DNA of 63,190 nucleotides, filler included, from Globobulimina sp. (lineage: Eukaryota): the NCBI GenBank assembly GCA_003354225.1. It is 37 parts of 37 records of this genome, joined end to end, with 100 filler letters (N's around TTAATTAATTAA, not from the genome) between each part and the next. Parts side by side here need not be neighbours in the genome. Positions count along the whole stretch, not along the records: positions 46,198 to 47,807 come from PIVH01014140.1; positions 47,908 to 49,517 come from PIVH01014141.1; positions 49,618 to 51,227 come from PIVH01014142.1; positions 51,328 to 52,936 come from PIVH01014143.1; positions 53,037 to 54,645 come from PIVH01014144.1; positions 54,746 to 56,354 come from PIVH01014145.1; positions 56,455 to 58,063 come from PIVH01014146.1; positions 58,164 to 59,772 come from PIVH01014147.1; 29 more parts are not named here. The stretch is one strand, 5' to 3'. Numbering within the stretch: the first letter of the stretch is position 1; every line of letters starts with the position of its first letter. A program made the position numbers and the translations under genes. The notes under the pieces are model-generated. The model was not told where the DNA came from. It saw only the letters and a list, made by a program, of their open reading frames with translations, and did no database searches. Shown piece after piece: positions 46,560 through 58,691 of the stretch.

Positions 46560-47702
46560 ATGAACAAGCAATATTTGTCGAAAGTTGATTTATTGAAAGT
46601 AATGAAAACTGGCAACAGTACACGTTTATTCAATGCGCTTCAAAATTATTATTATACCCTCTTCATTGATGTCCGCGATTCAAATAAATTTCAAAAAGAA
46701 CATATCATAAATACAATGAATATCCCATTGGAAAGATTTAAATCACCACACACATTTCCAACAAAAAAACAACTCGCCGCATTGATTAAAAATCATAAAA
46801 CAAAAAATTATATGATAATCAATATGTATTTTTTTACAGATAACATTGAAAACAAAGCGTTTTGGGATTGTTTATCATTTCTGCAAGAAACGATTATGGA
46901 TTTTGAATTATGCAGACACTCCAAATTAACAGTAATAACTGATCACTTTGAAATATTTGCAAAACAATATCCATTTTTGTTGACCAACTATGAATTACAA
47001 AATCAGTCATCTTCAAACAATGCTGTTGCTAATAATTATTTGTCAATGACAAGTTTGCCGGTTCATGCCACAGATCGCGGATATCCAAATATAATTATTC
47101 AAAATGCATTGTTTTTAGGGGACTTTTTCCATGCTACAACAAGGAAAACATTCGTTGATTTGGGGATAAGCCATGTCGTTAATTGCTCGCCACCCAAATG
47201 TATACCGTGCAAATTTGAAAACGATGACGATTTAAATGTTACCTATGTCAGAGTGCCTGTGTATGATATGTATGACCAAGATATCAAACAATATTTTGAT
47301 CAAACAGCTCAATTTATTCATGACGCATTAAGTCAAAATGCGACTGGAATGCAAAGTGATGACTCAAAATGTGATGATGAGTGTAAAGGTAAAAAGTTGA
47401 ATAAGGTTTTAATTCATTGTCAAGCGGGAATAAGCAGATCATCTACAATCACTATTTCATATTTAATGAAATATAAAAATATGAAATATGAAAATGCATT
47501 GCAATATGTTCATGAAAGAAGACCAATTATTACTCCAAATTCAAGTTTTGTGAAACAACTAAAGGAATACGAAAAAAGTATATTCAATATAGATGATACA
47601 CGCGATTATAAAGTGCAAGAAAGAAATTGGTTAACCTTACCTGCCAAAACTGGTAAAAATATTAATGTGAGACCTCCTCCATTTAATAGTCAAGACAAAT
47701 AA
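46560..47702 (+). CDS. Dual-specificity (MAPK-type) phosphatase with an N-terminal rhodanese-like domain
   Basis: LFIDVRD...F...HI, LFLG, VPVYD and the catalytic VLIHCQAGISRS. Confidence 0.93.
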   Translation: MNKQYLSKVDLLKVMKTGNSTRLFNALQNYYYTLFIDVRDSNKFQKEHIINTMNIPLERFKSPHTFPTKKQLAALIKNHKTKNYMIINMYFFTDNIENKAFWDCLSFLQETIMDFELCRHSKLTVITDHFEIFAKQYPFLLTNYELQNQSSSNNAVANNYLSMTSLPVHATDRGYPNIIIQNALFLGDFFHATTRKTFVDLGISHVVNCSPPKCIPCKFENDDDLNVTYVRVPVYDMYDQDIKQYFDQTAQFIHDALSQNATGMQSDDSKCDDECKGKKLNKVLIHCQAGISRSSTITISYLMKYKNMKYENALQYVHERRPIITPNSSFVKQLKEYEKSIFNIDDTRDYKVQERNWLTLPAKTGKNINVRPPPFNSQDK

Positions 47703-47907
47703 TATACTTTCGTGCACACAAAAAAAATGTTAAATTATCAATTGAGGGCAAAATCATGCTCTGATAGGATTTCAACAACCGGTGACGCTGCTTAGTATAC
47801 GTTTGGCNNNNNNNNNNNNNNNNNNNNNNNNNNNNNNNNNNNNNNNNNNNNTTAATTAATTAANNNNNNNNNNNNNNNNNNNNNNNNNNNNNNNNNNNNN
47901 NNNNNNN

Positions 47908-48900
47908 CAAAATTGCCTTAAAATTAAAATCAAAGTCATGCAATATTGCACAAAAGTTGTTTGAATATGGCGCTCTCGGAAATGCATTATATATTAAAAG
48001 AAATGGCTCCTCAAAGTTGTATATTAATAATACTGGCAAATATAGAAAACTTAAACGTGGAGATGTTTGTGGTGAAAATGTGATTTTGTCCAGGAAGAGA
48101 TTGAATACATTGCAATGTGTTACGTGGTCTGAGTTTTATACACTTGATATAACGGATATTATTGATGTATTCAATCAAAATTACCATCCGAAAACAGCAA
48201 AAGTTAAAAACATATTTCTCCATTTTTACACGCAACATTTTTTTTTTGTTTTTTGTGTTTCTAGAAAGTATGGAAAAAAATAAAAAGTTTTCTTCGAAAA
48301 TCTGCAACAATGAAATGTATGGCAACGCCTCCAGCACAAGAAAGCGATATGGGTAACAATATGGGCAACAATACTATAGGCAAAGCATCACGGCATGTTA
48401 ATTTTCGATCCTTTTATTTCAAGGATAGATTTGCGAGTTATGTGGAGAGTGCAGTGTGTTATGATAAAAGTGTGGTACCTGATGAATCATTTTTCGTTAA
48501 CAAGGATGCGTACAATAAAGATGAAGCAAGCTTACATATACAAGATGAAGTTGAACAATTCAAACAATACAAGAATGAAAGGAAAAAAAAGCCATCATTT
48601 CACTCTATACAACAAATGTTTTTTAAATTAAAAAGTGGAGTGGGACAGAGGAGTAATACCAGGGATGAAAGTATTGAAAAACATAACAAAATACATACAA
48701 ATACAGGTACGAAACCATTGGTGATTGGATTGGAACAATATGGTGGATACGGAGCAATTAATGCAAATGGTAATGGTCAGAATAACGGATTGGATGATGA
48801 TGATTCTTATTCTAATGATGAATTTACAGAAGAACGATCAGCTGGATTTGGTGAACAGATTGGTGTTAATATTTCATTTGAAGAGAATCCATCGGATTGA
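47908..48900 (+). CDS. Cyclic-nucleotide-binding domain, probably a channel C-terminus (intron 48203-48264; partial)
   Basis: LFEYGALGNALYIKRNG...LKRGDVCGENVIL..KR...CVTWSEFYTL. Confidence 0.75.
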
Positions 48901-49193
48901 TATTTATAATCAGAATCAAGAGTTTTCAGAAAATGAAGATATTACTTGAATTTTTTTTGTACATAATTATGATTTGTGGCTTATTTTGTAGATATTAATG
49001 CTCACGAATTAATTTTTTACCACGACCAATGTTTTTCTTTTCAGTGGTTTACACAGATTTCCGTCGCGAGACGAGAGTCCAATTCCTTAAATTTCCCAAA
49101 TTTTTCTAGACTTTGAGATTTTTTAAATGTTAAATAATTTAGATTTTCGAAGTAAGTAAACTCCCTTTAATTAAAAATAATAGGAAAACTCTA

Positions 49194-49517
49194 ATGTTGC
49201 TTTCCTCCTTGTGTACCTGTGTTGCTGTCATAGGAATTATTTTAATTGATCCATTGATAGGACAGCATGTCCGCATATACCATGAAATCATGGATAATTC
49301 AACTGATTGGACTCTTGGCAATGCTGCAGGGGACACAGCGGTTATGAATATATATAACATGCACTGTGTGAATACACCAAGTTGTTGTTGGTTACCACAC
49401 AAGGGAGGCTTTGCTAGCAAAATCTTTTCAACCGAAGGATATCACAACATATATGTGAAATTGTCGGCGATTGCTGAAGGGATAACAGATTCCCAGGGCC
49501 AGGATGCGCTTTGCCTC
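49194..49517 (+). CDS. Hypothetical secreted protein (partial)
   Basis: Signal-like N-terminus; open to the contig end. Confidence 0.5.
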
Positions 49518-49990
49518 NNNNNNNNNNNNNNNNNNNNNNNNNNNNNNNNNNNNNNNNNNNNTTAATTAATTAANNNNNNNNNNNNNNNNNNNNNNNNNNN
49601 NNNNNNNNNNNNNNNNNAGGTATAATTTAAATATATATATAAGTAAAGTGTTAAGTATATCACAATGCATGTTTTTGTTTAACTATATAGGTTCAGTTGA
49701 TTTTTGGCGTCGATATAAACTGTCATTCAACGCAGTGCAACAATTATTTGTGAATTTTAATGAGACTTTGTAGATTTAAGTACTCATTTAATATTAATAT
49801 AATTTATACATACAGACAAGAGCAACTACCGTGATTATTGCACTTGTTGCGGGTACTGTTTAAACTCCGTGATTTTTCAAAAACTTGTCAGTGAACTAGT
49901 TTCCTCGCCGGGATGTTCAAGCAATCGGTGAGCATGGGGCCCCACTACTACTAGTCATCAAACTATTTAAGACACACAAACAAGTATAAG

Positions 49991-50401
49991 TCACCATTCA
50001 TCAACAATTACATTTGAGACCCTATCATTAACGACACCATCAATAACTGTACCATTAACCATAGCATTAGATACTACATTATTGATTTCATCGGTGTCCA
50101 TGGCGTCTGAAACTAATGTATCTACAGCAACTCCACTACTGTGCGGATTGGTTGCTAGTGGCTGTTGTTGAACAATATATTGTTTCCTTTGCGGATTGTT
50201 ACATTGATCATAATCAGTAGCAGCATTTGTATTTGATGGCATCATGATCATTGGACGTGTTTCAGTTGGATTTGGGGCATATTGCTGTTTGTATTGCTGT
50301 TGCTTTGCATTTTGTTTTTTATATTCTTCAAATTCCTTTCGTTGTTGTCTATTCTCTTCAGCTTCACAACAAGTCCACCCACTACTCATGCAAAGTCCCA
50401 T
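49991..50401 (-). CDS. Hypothetical protein with a putative acylated N-terminus
   Basis: MGLCMSSGWTCC start followed by a Q-rich region. Confidence 0.45.
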   Translation of the reverse strand: MGLCMSSGWTCCEAEENRQQRKEFEEYKKQNAKQQQYKQQYAPNPTETRPMIMMPSNTNAATDYDQCNNPQRKQYIVQQQPLATNPHSSGVAVDTLVSDAMDTDEINNVVSNAMVNGTVIDGVVNDRVSNVIVDEW

Positions 50402-50478
50402 GGTATATTGTTTTACAGTAGAACAGTTAGTAAAACATTTTTCAACATCTTTCAACATCTTTCATTCAATAATTAACA

Positions 50479-51227
50479 ATGGAACACAGCATCACGCACT
50501 TTTTACGTAAAAACAAACACCCATCATATCACGCTCAATTCTTATATTTATACAAAATAATTTATACCACCGATTGTGGGGGATTGAGTTTTGGTGAATT
50601 AACAAAGGTATTCGACCAGTTAATACATGCAAACATCGGAGAAAATGTGCGATTTGAACGTGATTTAGCTACATTGCATATGCAATATCGAGAGTGGCAT
50701 CAAAGAATGAAAACAATGAAGCAAATTGAAATCAATTGTAAACAAAATCATAATAAACCAGTTGACGCTAAACCATTCATACGCATCATAGCAACAAAAA
50801 CCATACAATTAGCAAAGCAAAGCAAAACCAAAAGCAAACCAATAACAAATCAAGCAAATCAAGCAAATCAAGCAATAATATCAATCGAACCAATCAAACA
50901 AAAAGCTAATAAAAATTCAATGAATAGCATTGTGAGTATTAAATTAAACCAAACTCCTAAAAAAAAAACAGTTTCATTGAGTATTGATGACCGAAGCAAA
51001 CCAACAATATCAATATCACACGATACCGAAATAGGAAACAAATATGATATAAAACAGAAAAGTTTGCCATCAGTGCATGATGACAATTGTAATCATCTTG
51101 AATCTAAACAGAGAAATTATAATCGAAAAAGGGTGAGATATGAATACAAATTGAAATATATTTGGATTTATAAGAGTGTGGTTTTAGATTATTTAACATG
51201 TAAAAAATTAAAAATGCCAAAAAAACG
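50479..51227 (+). CDS. Hypothetical protein (partial)
   Basis: About 250-codon ORF. Confidence 0.45.
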
Positions 51228-52213
51228 NNNNNNNNNNNNNNNNNNNNNNNNNNNNNNNNNNNNNNNNNNNNTTAATTAATTAANNNNNNNNNNNNNNNNN
51301 NNNNNNNNNNNNNNNNNNNNNNNNNNNCAGCGTAATAATCACATTGATGTTTATCATACCGGCGTGCATTTACCATTAATATTTCAACAAATGCATAATC
51401 AGCAGAGAAAAATTTCAATTCCAAAAAAATTTGTATTGTCTGCTTCAATATGTAATGATAAACCGATTACAAATCGTAATAATTATTTATATGGAAAGAA
51501 AAAATATAAAAAACATAGGGAAAAACATATTGTTGGTGATGTGGAAATTAATTATTTGGATAATAAAGATATGTTAAAATATAGAATGCATTTAAGGAGT
51601 ATTTGGTATGTGTTTATACCATGGTTTATTAGAGTAAATTTGAAGTTTATTGTATTTATACTTATTATCGCATATTATATGACTAAATATAGAGATATTT
51701 TAAGTTGGAATACATAGTAAATTGTTTTTTGTGTTGGTTTGATATCGATCTTTGTTTTCTTGTTTTATCTGCGATGCTACCATCTAACCGATGAGCATAG
51801 TAATAATCATGAATTGTGTCCTTGCACTCTGCAAAATCCTTTCAAAGTTTTCTCAATTAAGTCGCAAAATCATGTCGTCTCTGTTGCTTATTTCATTCAT
51901 CATCGTATTAACAAAAGCAGCAATATGTTCAACAGGCAAAGTGGATATAATAAAGCCAGATATAACAGCGACAGGGACTGAAGTACATAATGCATCCAAC
52001 TAATTCTGTTGAATTACATATGATTCGCCACGAACCACATAACAGAAATCCGACATATAAAAACAGTTTACGACATCAATCAAATTCATGTCAATATTCG
52101 ACAATGGAATTTACAAAAACAACAAAAATGGAATATTCGACAATGGAATATTCGACAATGGATCGACTGTATATGTCAAAATTTAATTTTCCTCCATATT
52201 ATTCGCATTAAAT

Positions 52214-52936
52214 TCATCTAAATATATTTCCATTTCTTTTTTTTGATAATTTATTTCCTACAAAATAACCAACAGCACCACACACAGCAAAACAAATCAA
52301 TACAAATAAAATACATAAAATATTATCTAAACCCAAAAAAATATCAAATAAACCATTTGGTGGCACTCCAACATAAGCGTCGAATTCATTATTATACATT
52401 GCATAATCTCCAACCTTGGCCATAGTCCCAGTCCCAGTCCCAGTCACTTTCTTTTTTGCCGCGGCAAAATTAATACCAGTCATTGTTTGTATTACGCCAG
52501 CTTTAAACGGCAACATTACACTGATTGCATTATGATCAGTTATCTTCATTGTATCATATTTGGTAGCTTTTATTTTCGCAGTTTCTACTAATCCGTCGGC
52601 ATAAAATATCCAATCAACCATAGCGCCGCCAAACATTGATGAAGCTCCAATCGTTTCGTCATAGGCAGCCAAATACTTATTGTCTTTAAACCATTTAAAA
52701 ACTTTATTTTAATTTTTATCAATTTCAAGTTGTACAGTGCCTCTTATCTTATATTGAAATAAAAGTACAGTACCTGCGGTTCTATAAAATCTGAAAAATA
52801 TTTTTTTAAAATCTTTATGTTTTTCTTTTAACCAATAATATTTTGCAAGTGATTTTTTTGCTGCTTTGCTATCCCTTTGTACATTAAAATCACCCCCGAT
52901 TACAAATGGTTTGACTTTGCCCTATAAAATTTGCAA
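52214..52936 (-). CDS. Endonuclease/exonuclease/phosphatase domain protein with a C-terminal TM anchor (multi-exon, partial)
   Basis: PFVIGGDFN (about 52885-52910), VDWIFY, TDHNAI and a hydrophobic tail. Confidence 0.7.
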
Positions 52937-53092
52937 NNNNNNNNNNNNNNNNNNNNNNNNNNNNNNNNNNNNNNNNNNNNTTAATTAATTAANNNNNNNN
53001 NNNNNNNNNNNNNNNNNNNNNNNNNNNNNNNNNNNNTTCTGCGCTGGTTACGACTTAAATGAAATTTATAAACTAAAATGAAATTTTTCTAG

Positions 53093-54271
53093 GTATTGGA
53101 CTTCATTAATAAACATATCACTTGTGAAGTACCTGACAAGAACAAAAATCCTGATTTGTATAATTTGGTGGATAGCTATCAAAGACATACTTGCCGTAAA
53201 TCGTGTTTGAGACAATTCAAAAAAGGTGGTAAAATGGTGTCTTCTTGTCGTTACGGTTTTGAAAGACCTGTTCATTCTGTTGGCAGTTTGAATTCGTTGG
53301 AAAAAACAGTTCGTTCTCGAAGGGGTGGTCGTGGTATGTTGAAAATTTATAATCTGCCAAGAGGCAAGAATGAAGTCAGAATAAACGATTATAATCCCAT
53401 CATCTTGTTAATGTGGAGGGCTAACATGGACATTCAATATGTGGGCGAGAAATCGGAGGTCTTGAATCATTATATAACAAATTATGTTACAAAAGCAGAA
53501 AGATTGCAAACAGCTGAATTGTGGGATGAAATAGAAAAAATGGAAGGCAAAACCATTGGTTCAAAACTGAAGACGTTGGCGATGAGACTGATGAAATCTC
53601 GAGAATGTGGTGGTTATGAAACGGCAGATTTATTACTTGGACATCCCTTATTTTCAACGTCGGTGGTTGTGGATTATCTCGGAGCTGCTATGCCACAAGA
53701 TAGGAGGAGGAAGGTTTTGATGCCAAAAGAATTAAATGCACTGGATGGCGACAGTAAGAAAATTTATGCAGAAAATTTTATTGACACTTACTATAAAAAT
53801 CGACCTGAATCAATGGAAAAAGAATGTCTGTACGATTTCTTTTCCAATTACGAATTTGATAAAAGAAATCCATCGAAGAATCCTAAATGGATAGCGCTTC
53901 AAAATAATGTTGGTTGGGTACATCTTAGAAAGCAATCAAAAGTTGTGAAAATGCCACGCTACAAACCTGAAGGAGCTACTAAAGAAAAGTACTTTTATCA
54001 ATTGTTGATGCTTATGAAACCTTGGAGAGAATTGGACGATTTGAAGGAAGAAGACGAAGATTTCGCTGCAGCATTTGATCGATTTTACAAATCCCTTGAC
54101 GAAATTCAACTGTCGGAAGTTAGTCAATTTAAGGAAGCTAAAGATAGAATACAAGTGGCGATAGATAAATCTAAACAACTGTTGGAAGAAGCCGAAAAAC
54201 ACAAAGACGATATCGAAGATTTTGAGGATGTTGAAGACATGGTCGTTCAAAAGGAAGAGATTGAAAAGAAT
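53093..54271 (+). mobile_element. Helitron (Helentron/Helitron2-like) Rep-helicase exon
   Basis: YQRHTCRKSC, CRYGFERP, RINDYNPIILLMWRANMDIQYV, HUH motif 3 YITNYVTKAE, SRECGGYETADLLLG and LMLMKPWR. Confidence 0.88.
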
Positions 54272-54747
54272 GTGAGTTATTTTAGTATTGATTATGTTTG
54301 TTTCTGTTGATGGTTATTTGGTTATTGTTTTCGGTCTGTAGTTCGCTGTAGAGTACTCACTAAATGTTAGTTTTTTGTTATCTGTTTTGACCACTAGTTA
54401 TCGTTGTTGTCGCACAGTTGACACAATGATAATTGTTACGTTCGCACCTGGCATGTGGGGACAGCTAGCAATCGACGCACCATTGATGTGGCGCGAAAGA
54501 AATAGCGCCGATAGTTATGTTTAAATATAGGCAGGGAGGATCGGATCTATGGCAGCGGGTAAAGGGGCGATGATGGGAAAATGAGCTATTTTTGGTTCGG
54601 TTTTTTTGGCAAGGTCATTTGTATCGCTCGGAAAAGATGCTGTTCNNNNNNNNNNNNNNNNNNNNNNNNNNNNNNNNNNNNNNNNNNNNTTAATTAATTA
54701 ANNNNNNNNNNNNNNNNNNNNNNNNNNNNNNNNNNNNNNNNNNNNAG

Positions 54748-55476
54748 GAGAAGGAGGACGACTGTTGTAGCAGCTGTGAAGATATAAAGCAGGCGTCTCA
54801 TAAGAAAGGTTGGGGTATAACAAATATTGGCGAATTCGAACAATGCAAACGCGAAGGCATTGATGGATCAAAAGAGAAAGAGGCAATGGATCGAGGAGAA
54901 GGATGCAATATTTCTGGTTATATGCAAATAAAAAGGTCGCAAGGAAATTTTCATATCGCGCCGGGATATTCATTTTCTGGGCAACATAATTCATTGCATG
55001 ATTTTAGTGCATTTGAAAGTGGATCATTTGATACATCACATTTCATTCATCATTTGTCATTCGGACAGGAATTTGCGGATAAATCAATTAATAATAAATA
55101 TATTTCCTATCCATTGGATAATACAAATCATACGTCATCATTTAAAGGGTCATCAATATTTCAATATTATGCGAAAATTGTACCAACACATTACAACAAA
55201 ATAAATGGAATTATTCAAGTAACAAATCAATATTCAGTGACAATGCATGAAACAAAATTAAAATTAAAAGAAGGATACGGCATTCCTGGTGTTTATTTTT
55301 TTTATGAATTTAGTCCGTTAATGGTTCAAATATCAGAAAAAAGAACTCCATTTTTTCATTTTATAACACAGGTTTGCGCCATCATTGGAGGGGTATTTAC
55401 TGTGACTGGTTTAGTTGACAGATTTGTGTATTCGACAGTTAAACAACTTAAAACCAATATGGGTAAACTTGGATGA
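54748..55476 (+). CDS. ERGIC3: ERGIC3/Erv46 COPII cargo protein C-terminus (partial)
   Basis: CCSSCEDIK, EGCNISG...GNFHIAPG, NQYSVT, PGVYFFYEFSP and CAIIGGVFTV...GKLG. Confidence 0.93.
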   Translation, partial: EKEDDCCSSCEDIKQASHKKGWGITNIGEFEQCKREGIDGSKEKEAMDRGEGCNISGYMQIKRSQGNFHIAPGYSFSGQHNSLHDFSAFESGSFDTSHFIHHLSFGQEFADKSINNKYISYPLDNTNHTSSFKGSSIFQYYAKIVPTHYNKINGIIQVTNQYSVTMHETKLKLKEGYGIPGVYFFYEFSPLMVQISEKRTPFFHFITQVCAIIGGVFTVTGLVDRFVYSTVKQLKTNMGKLG

Positions 55477-55513
55477 CAGTATTGTTGAAGTGACATATGT
55501 TGTTTTTAAATTT

Positions 55514-56354
55514 TTAATTTAACTCACTGTTTGGCTTAAAATGCCAATCCTCCCAAACAAACTCTTTCAATGCCAATTGTGGATACAATGTCAACAATTG
55601 AAATAGTCGGTTGTTGCATGGCGCAAACATATTGTTTAATTGTTCAATTAATTCATCACTAAAATCATTTGTTTCGCTCTTAATGGTACCCTGTAATTTT
55701 TTAATCTTTATTGCACCGGTTTGATATAATTGTTTTAAATCGCATTTGTTCACATCTACGGTGCCCTGCTTACTCCAACATATTAATCGATCCATAATAT
55801 CTTTACCATTTTTAAAATATAATTCAGACTGAATTATTCCGAATGAATTTATTGCATTTTCTATTCCTAAATCAATTATCCATTGCATTATGGGAATGAT
55901 ATAACAGCTCAAACCAACTGCTCTTCGCAAAAGTTGTGATGGATTGCAATATTCCGATTTAAAGCCGGCAATGGGCGCTTCTGCAATGCATTGTGCTTCC
56001 AACGACAACATATATTTGTTCCATGTCGGTAAAATAGTATTTTTCCAATCTAATTCAAATATATTTGTATTTGTATTGTTATTGCTATCCTTTAATAGAT
56101 TTATTAGTTCAGTCAAGAGACTATTTTGTAATAAATGGGTTGTAAACAGTTCAACATTTCCATATTGATTTGGCATGTTATCCTTTTCTGTTCCAACAAA
56201 AAATTTCCATGTACTCGATATTCGTGGCGGTGGATATCGAATCATAACAAATATTTTTGTTCCATGTTTTTTTACAAATATATCTGAAAAAATCCTTGTA
56301 ATGTATGGTAAGCCCAAATAATCGACAGATTTTTCAAATTTATATTTTCCATTT
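55514..56354 (-). CDS. Sulfotransferase-like protein (partial)
   Basis: FEKSVDY, KIFVMIRYP..RISS, IIQSELYF and LNNMFAPCNNRLFQLL resemble heparan-sulfate-type sulfotransferases. Confidence 0.65.
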
Positions 56355-56454
56355 NNNNNNNNNNNNNNNNNNNNNNNNNNNNNNNNNNNNNNNNNNNNTT
56401 AATTAATTAANNNNNNNNNNNNNNNNNNNNNNNNNNNNNNNNNNNNNNNNNNNN

Positions 56455-58063
56455 GATCGTAAATCCGCAGATCGCTTTTTATCCGAATATCTACCAAACG
56501 AGCGATGTTGTTGGCAAATCTTTGCCAAATGCCTAAGCACTGACAACATACCGCACGAAGCCCATTTTTTCGCAGCCAACATGTTACGAAGCAAAATCCA
56601 ACGCAATCTGCACCAAGTTCCCTTAGAACACCATATCGGCTTAGACGAGCTGATCATTTCCACTCTAATCAATTTCAACAAAAAAGGCGACGAATATGAA
56701 AATATCCGGACCCAATTATCCATTGGCTTCGCCTTGCTATCCATCCAACGCACCGATTGGGTGAACAAAGTGGAAAATATCATCAACAAACTCGCCAAAA
56801 CCGACACCTTAAACATATTATTAAATATATTAACTCGCTTAGCCGAGGAATTGTACACTTTCCACATCCCAATCTCCAACAAAATCAAACACAAAGCCTC
56901 AAATATATTGCGTAAACACGCTCCGTTAGTTCTTAAATTGTTGCACGACTTATTCCAAATGCTCGACAATAACCACAATCACGACAACAACCACCACAAC
57001 AATACCAAACTAAAAGTTATTATCCCATTCATATCCTTGCACTCGAACATAACAAAAAGATATAAACAGATATTCAAATGCTTCGCCGCCTGGTTAGATT
57101 TCATGGACACTCACTTCCAAGCTTACATGAACAATTTCAGCGTGCTCACCAAAATCTGCTTCTCCTCCTTGCAAAACGACCACCTATTCAAGGACGCATG
57201 TACTTGCATATCAAAAGTATGCCATATTTCCATTAACAACCTACAAAACACCCAATTAATCACTGCCTGCCACAGATATTACGCCTAAGCGATGGCGATA
57301 CGCGTCGATATTACGACGACGAGGCCGACGCTGACGGCGTGCCGCCAGAAGAAAAGGAGACGGACAAATTGATCCAACGCGAGTTTAACATCCTTGTCCC
57401 CAATATACTGTCGCTGAAGAGCATGTATCTGGATTTGCTCAACCAATACAACAACCATTCTGACGATGAGGACTGCATTGAGAAATGCTACGGTTTGTGT
57501 CGTCTGTTCGTGGATACGGCGGAACATTACACCGATTGGATCATCAGCGGCAGCATCGGGCGCCGAGAGTGCGAGGAATTGATCAATATCATCCTTCTCT
57601 GCAACAGCCATCCGGACCCCATCATATCTACGTATTGCTGCGTGTTTTGGGAGAAGCTCTTCGTGCCATTCCGCTCCATCGCCAAAGAATTCTCGCGGCA
57701 CCGCGCCAACACGCAAGTGTGCGAAGTGTACGACGAGTTCGAGCGGCCGTGGCCAGACTGGTGCAAGCCGTATGTGAACAGCTTGATTTTCAAGATCTGC
57801 GCCAACACGGTATTGGCGTCCAAGTTGCCCGCCGACTTCGAGGATATGGACACGGACCAACAGGAGGAGGCGCTGCAAATTCGGTGGCAATTATCCGATA
57901 TCATAGCGGACATTTGCCAGATTATCGGCTTGCTGAACGTGTTTGACATCTTATACAAAATGCTGGTGGCGTATATCGAGGCGAATGTGGCGGACATTTA
58001 CCGCTGCGAAGCCATTCTGTTTTGTATCCGCAATACGTACAAAGCTCTGCCAATGGCCGAGGA
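56455..58063 (+). CDS. Transportin-3/importin-13-like karyopherin (partial; frameshift near 57266)
   Basis: ADRFL, HFFAANMLRSKI, IRTQLSIGFALL, ILTRLAEE, LCRLFVDTAE and RCEAILF. Probable in-frame intron at 57016-57069. Confidence 0.8.
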
Positions 58064-58163
58064 NNNNNNNNNNNNNNNNNNNNNNNNNNNNNNNNNNNNN
58101 NNNNNNNTTAATTAATTAANNNNNNNNNNNNNNNNNNNNNNNNNNNNNNNNNNNNNNNNNNNN

Positions 58164-58620
58164 GGAACATGCGGAAGCGAGCAAGAATAATAAATGGTTC
58201 CCTTTAAAACAAATACATCCAATGATAATAAAAATTGTCATCCAGCAAATGGCAAAAATATGAAATTTAATTGCTTTTGAACTCAATGCAAATTGCGAAC
58301 CGACAAAAGAATAAAATAATTGAAGAAATAAAAACGAATATAAGGCCATGGCAGCAATAATAAATGTAGCCCATGGCATATACTCCAATATCAACGGACG
58401 CTCAGTACCGGACATTGTGATTAAATCTCTAATCAAATTGCTGCAATAAACATTGTAATGACTATATACAGGATAGGTTTAATAATTTTAATTTTAACCG
58501 CTGCACTGTTTGATCTCAACATACAGCAACATTTGGATTTATAGATTAGAGTGACGACAAGAACTAAATGCAATGCAACACCAACTATATTAAATCCCAA
58601 CGTAAGTCCTTCTACTGTTC
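58164..58620 (-). pseudogene. Degraded GPCR-like multi-TM gene
   Basis: Several TM helices, with a frame change near 58440 and an upstream in-frame TGA. Confidence 0.45.
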
Positions 58621-58691
58621 ACCATTTGTATTCTTCAATTTGCGGTTTTTTTAAAGTACTTACTATATCTTAGCGCTATATACTCTTCAGA

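Noticed and set aside
52093-52161. Short tandem AATATTCGACAATGG repeats as a CRISPR-like array
   Set aside because: There are three short units without unique spacers, consistent with simple slippage in a eukaryotic intergenic region.
57285-57997. Long antisense ORFs over the karyopherin gene
   Set aside because: They are a by-product of locally high GC3, and the sense frame has clear family motifs.
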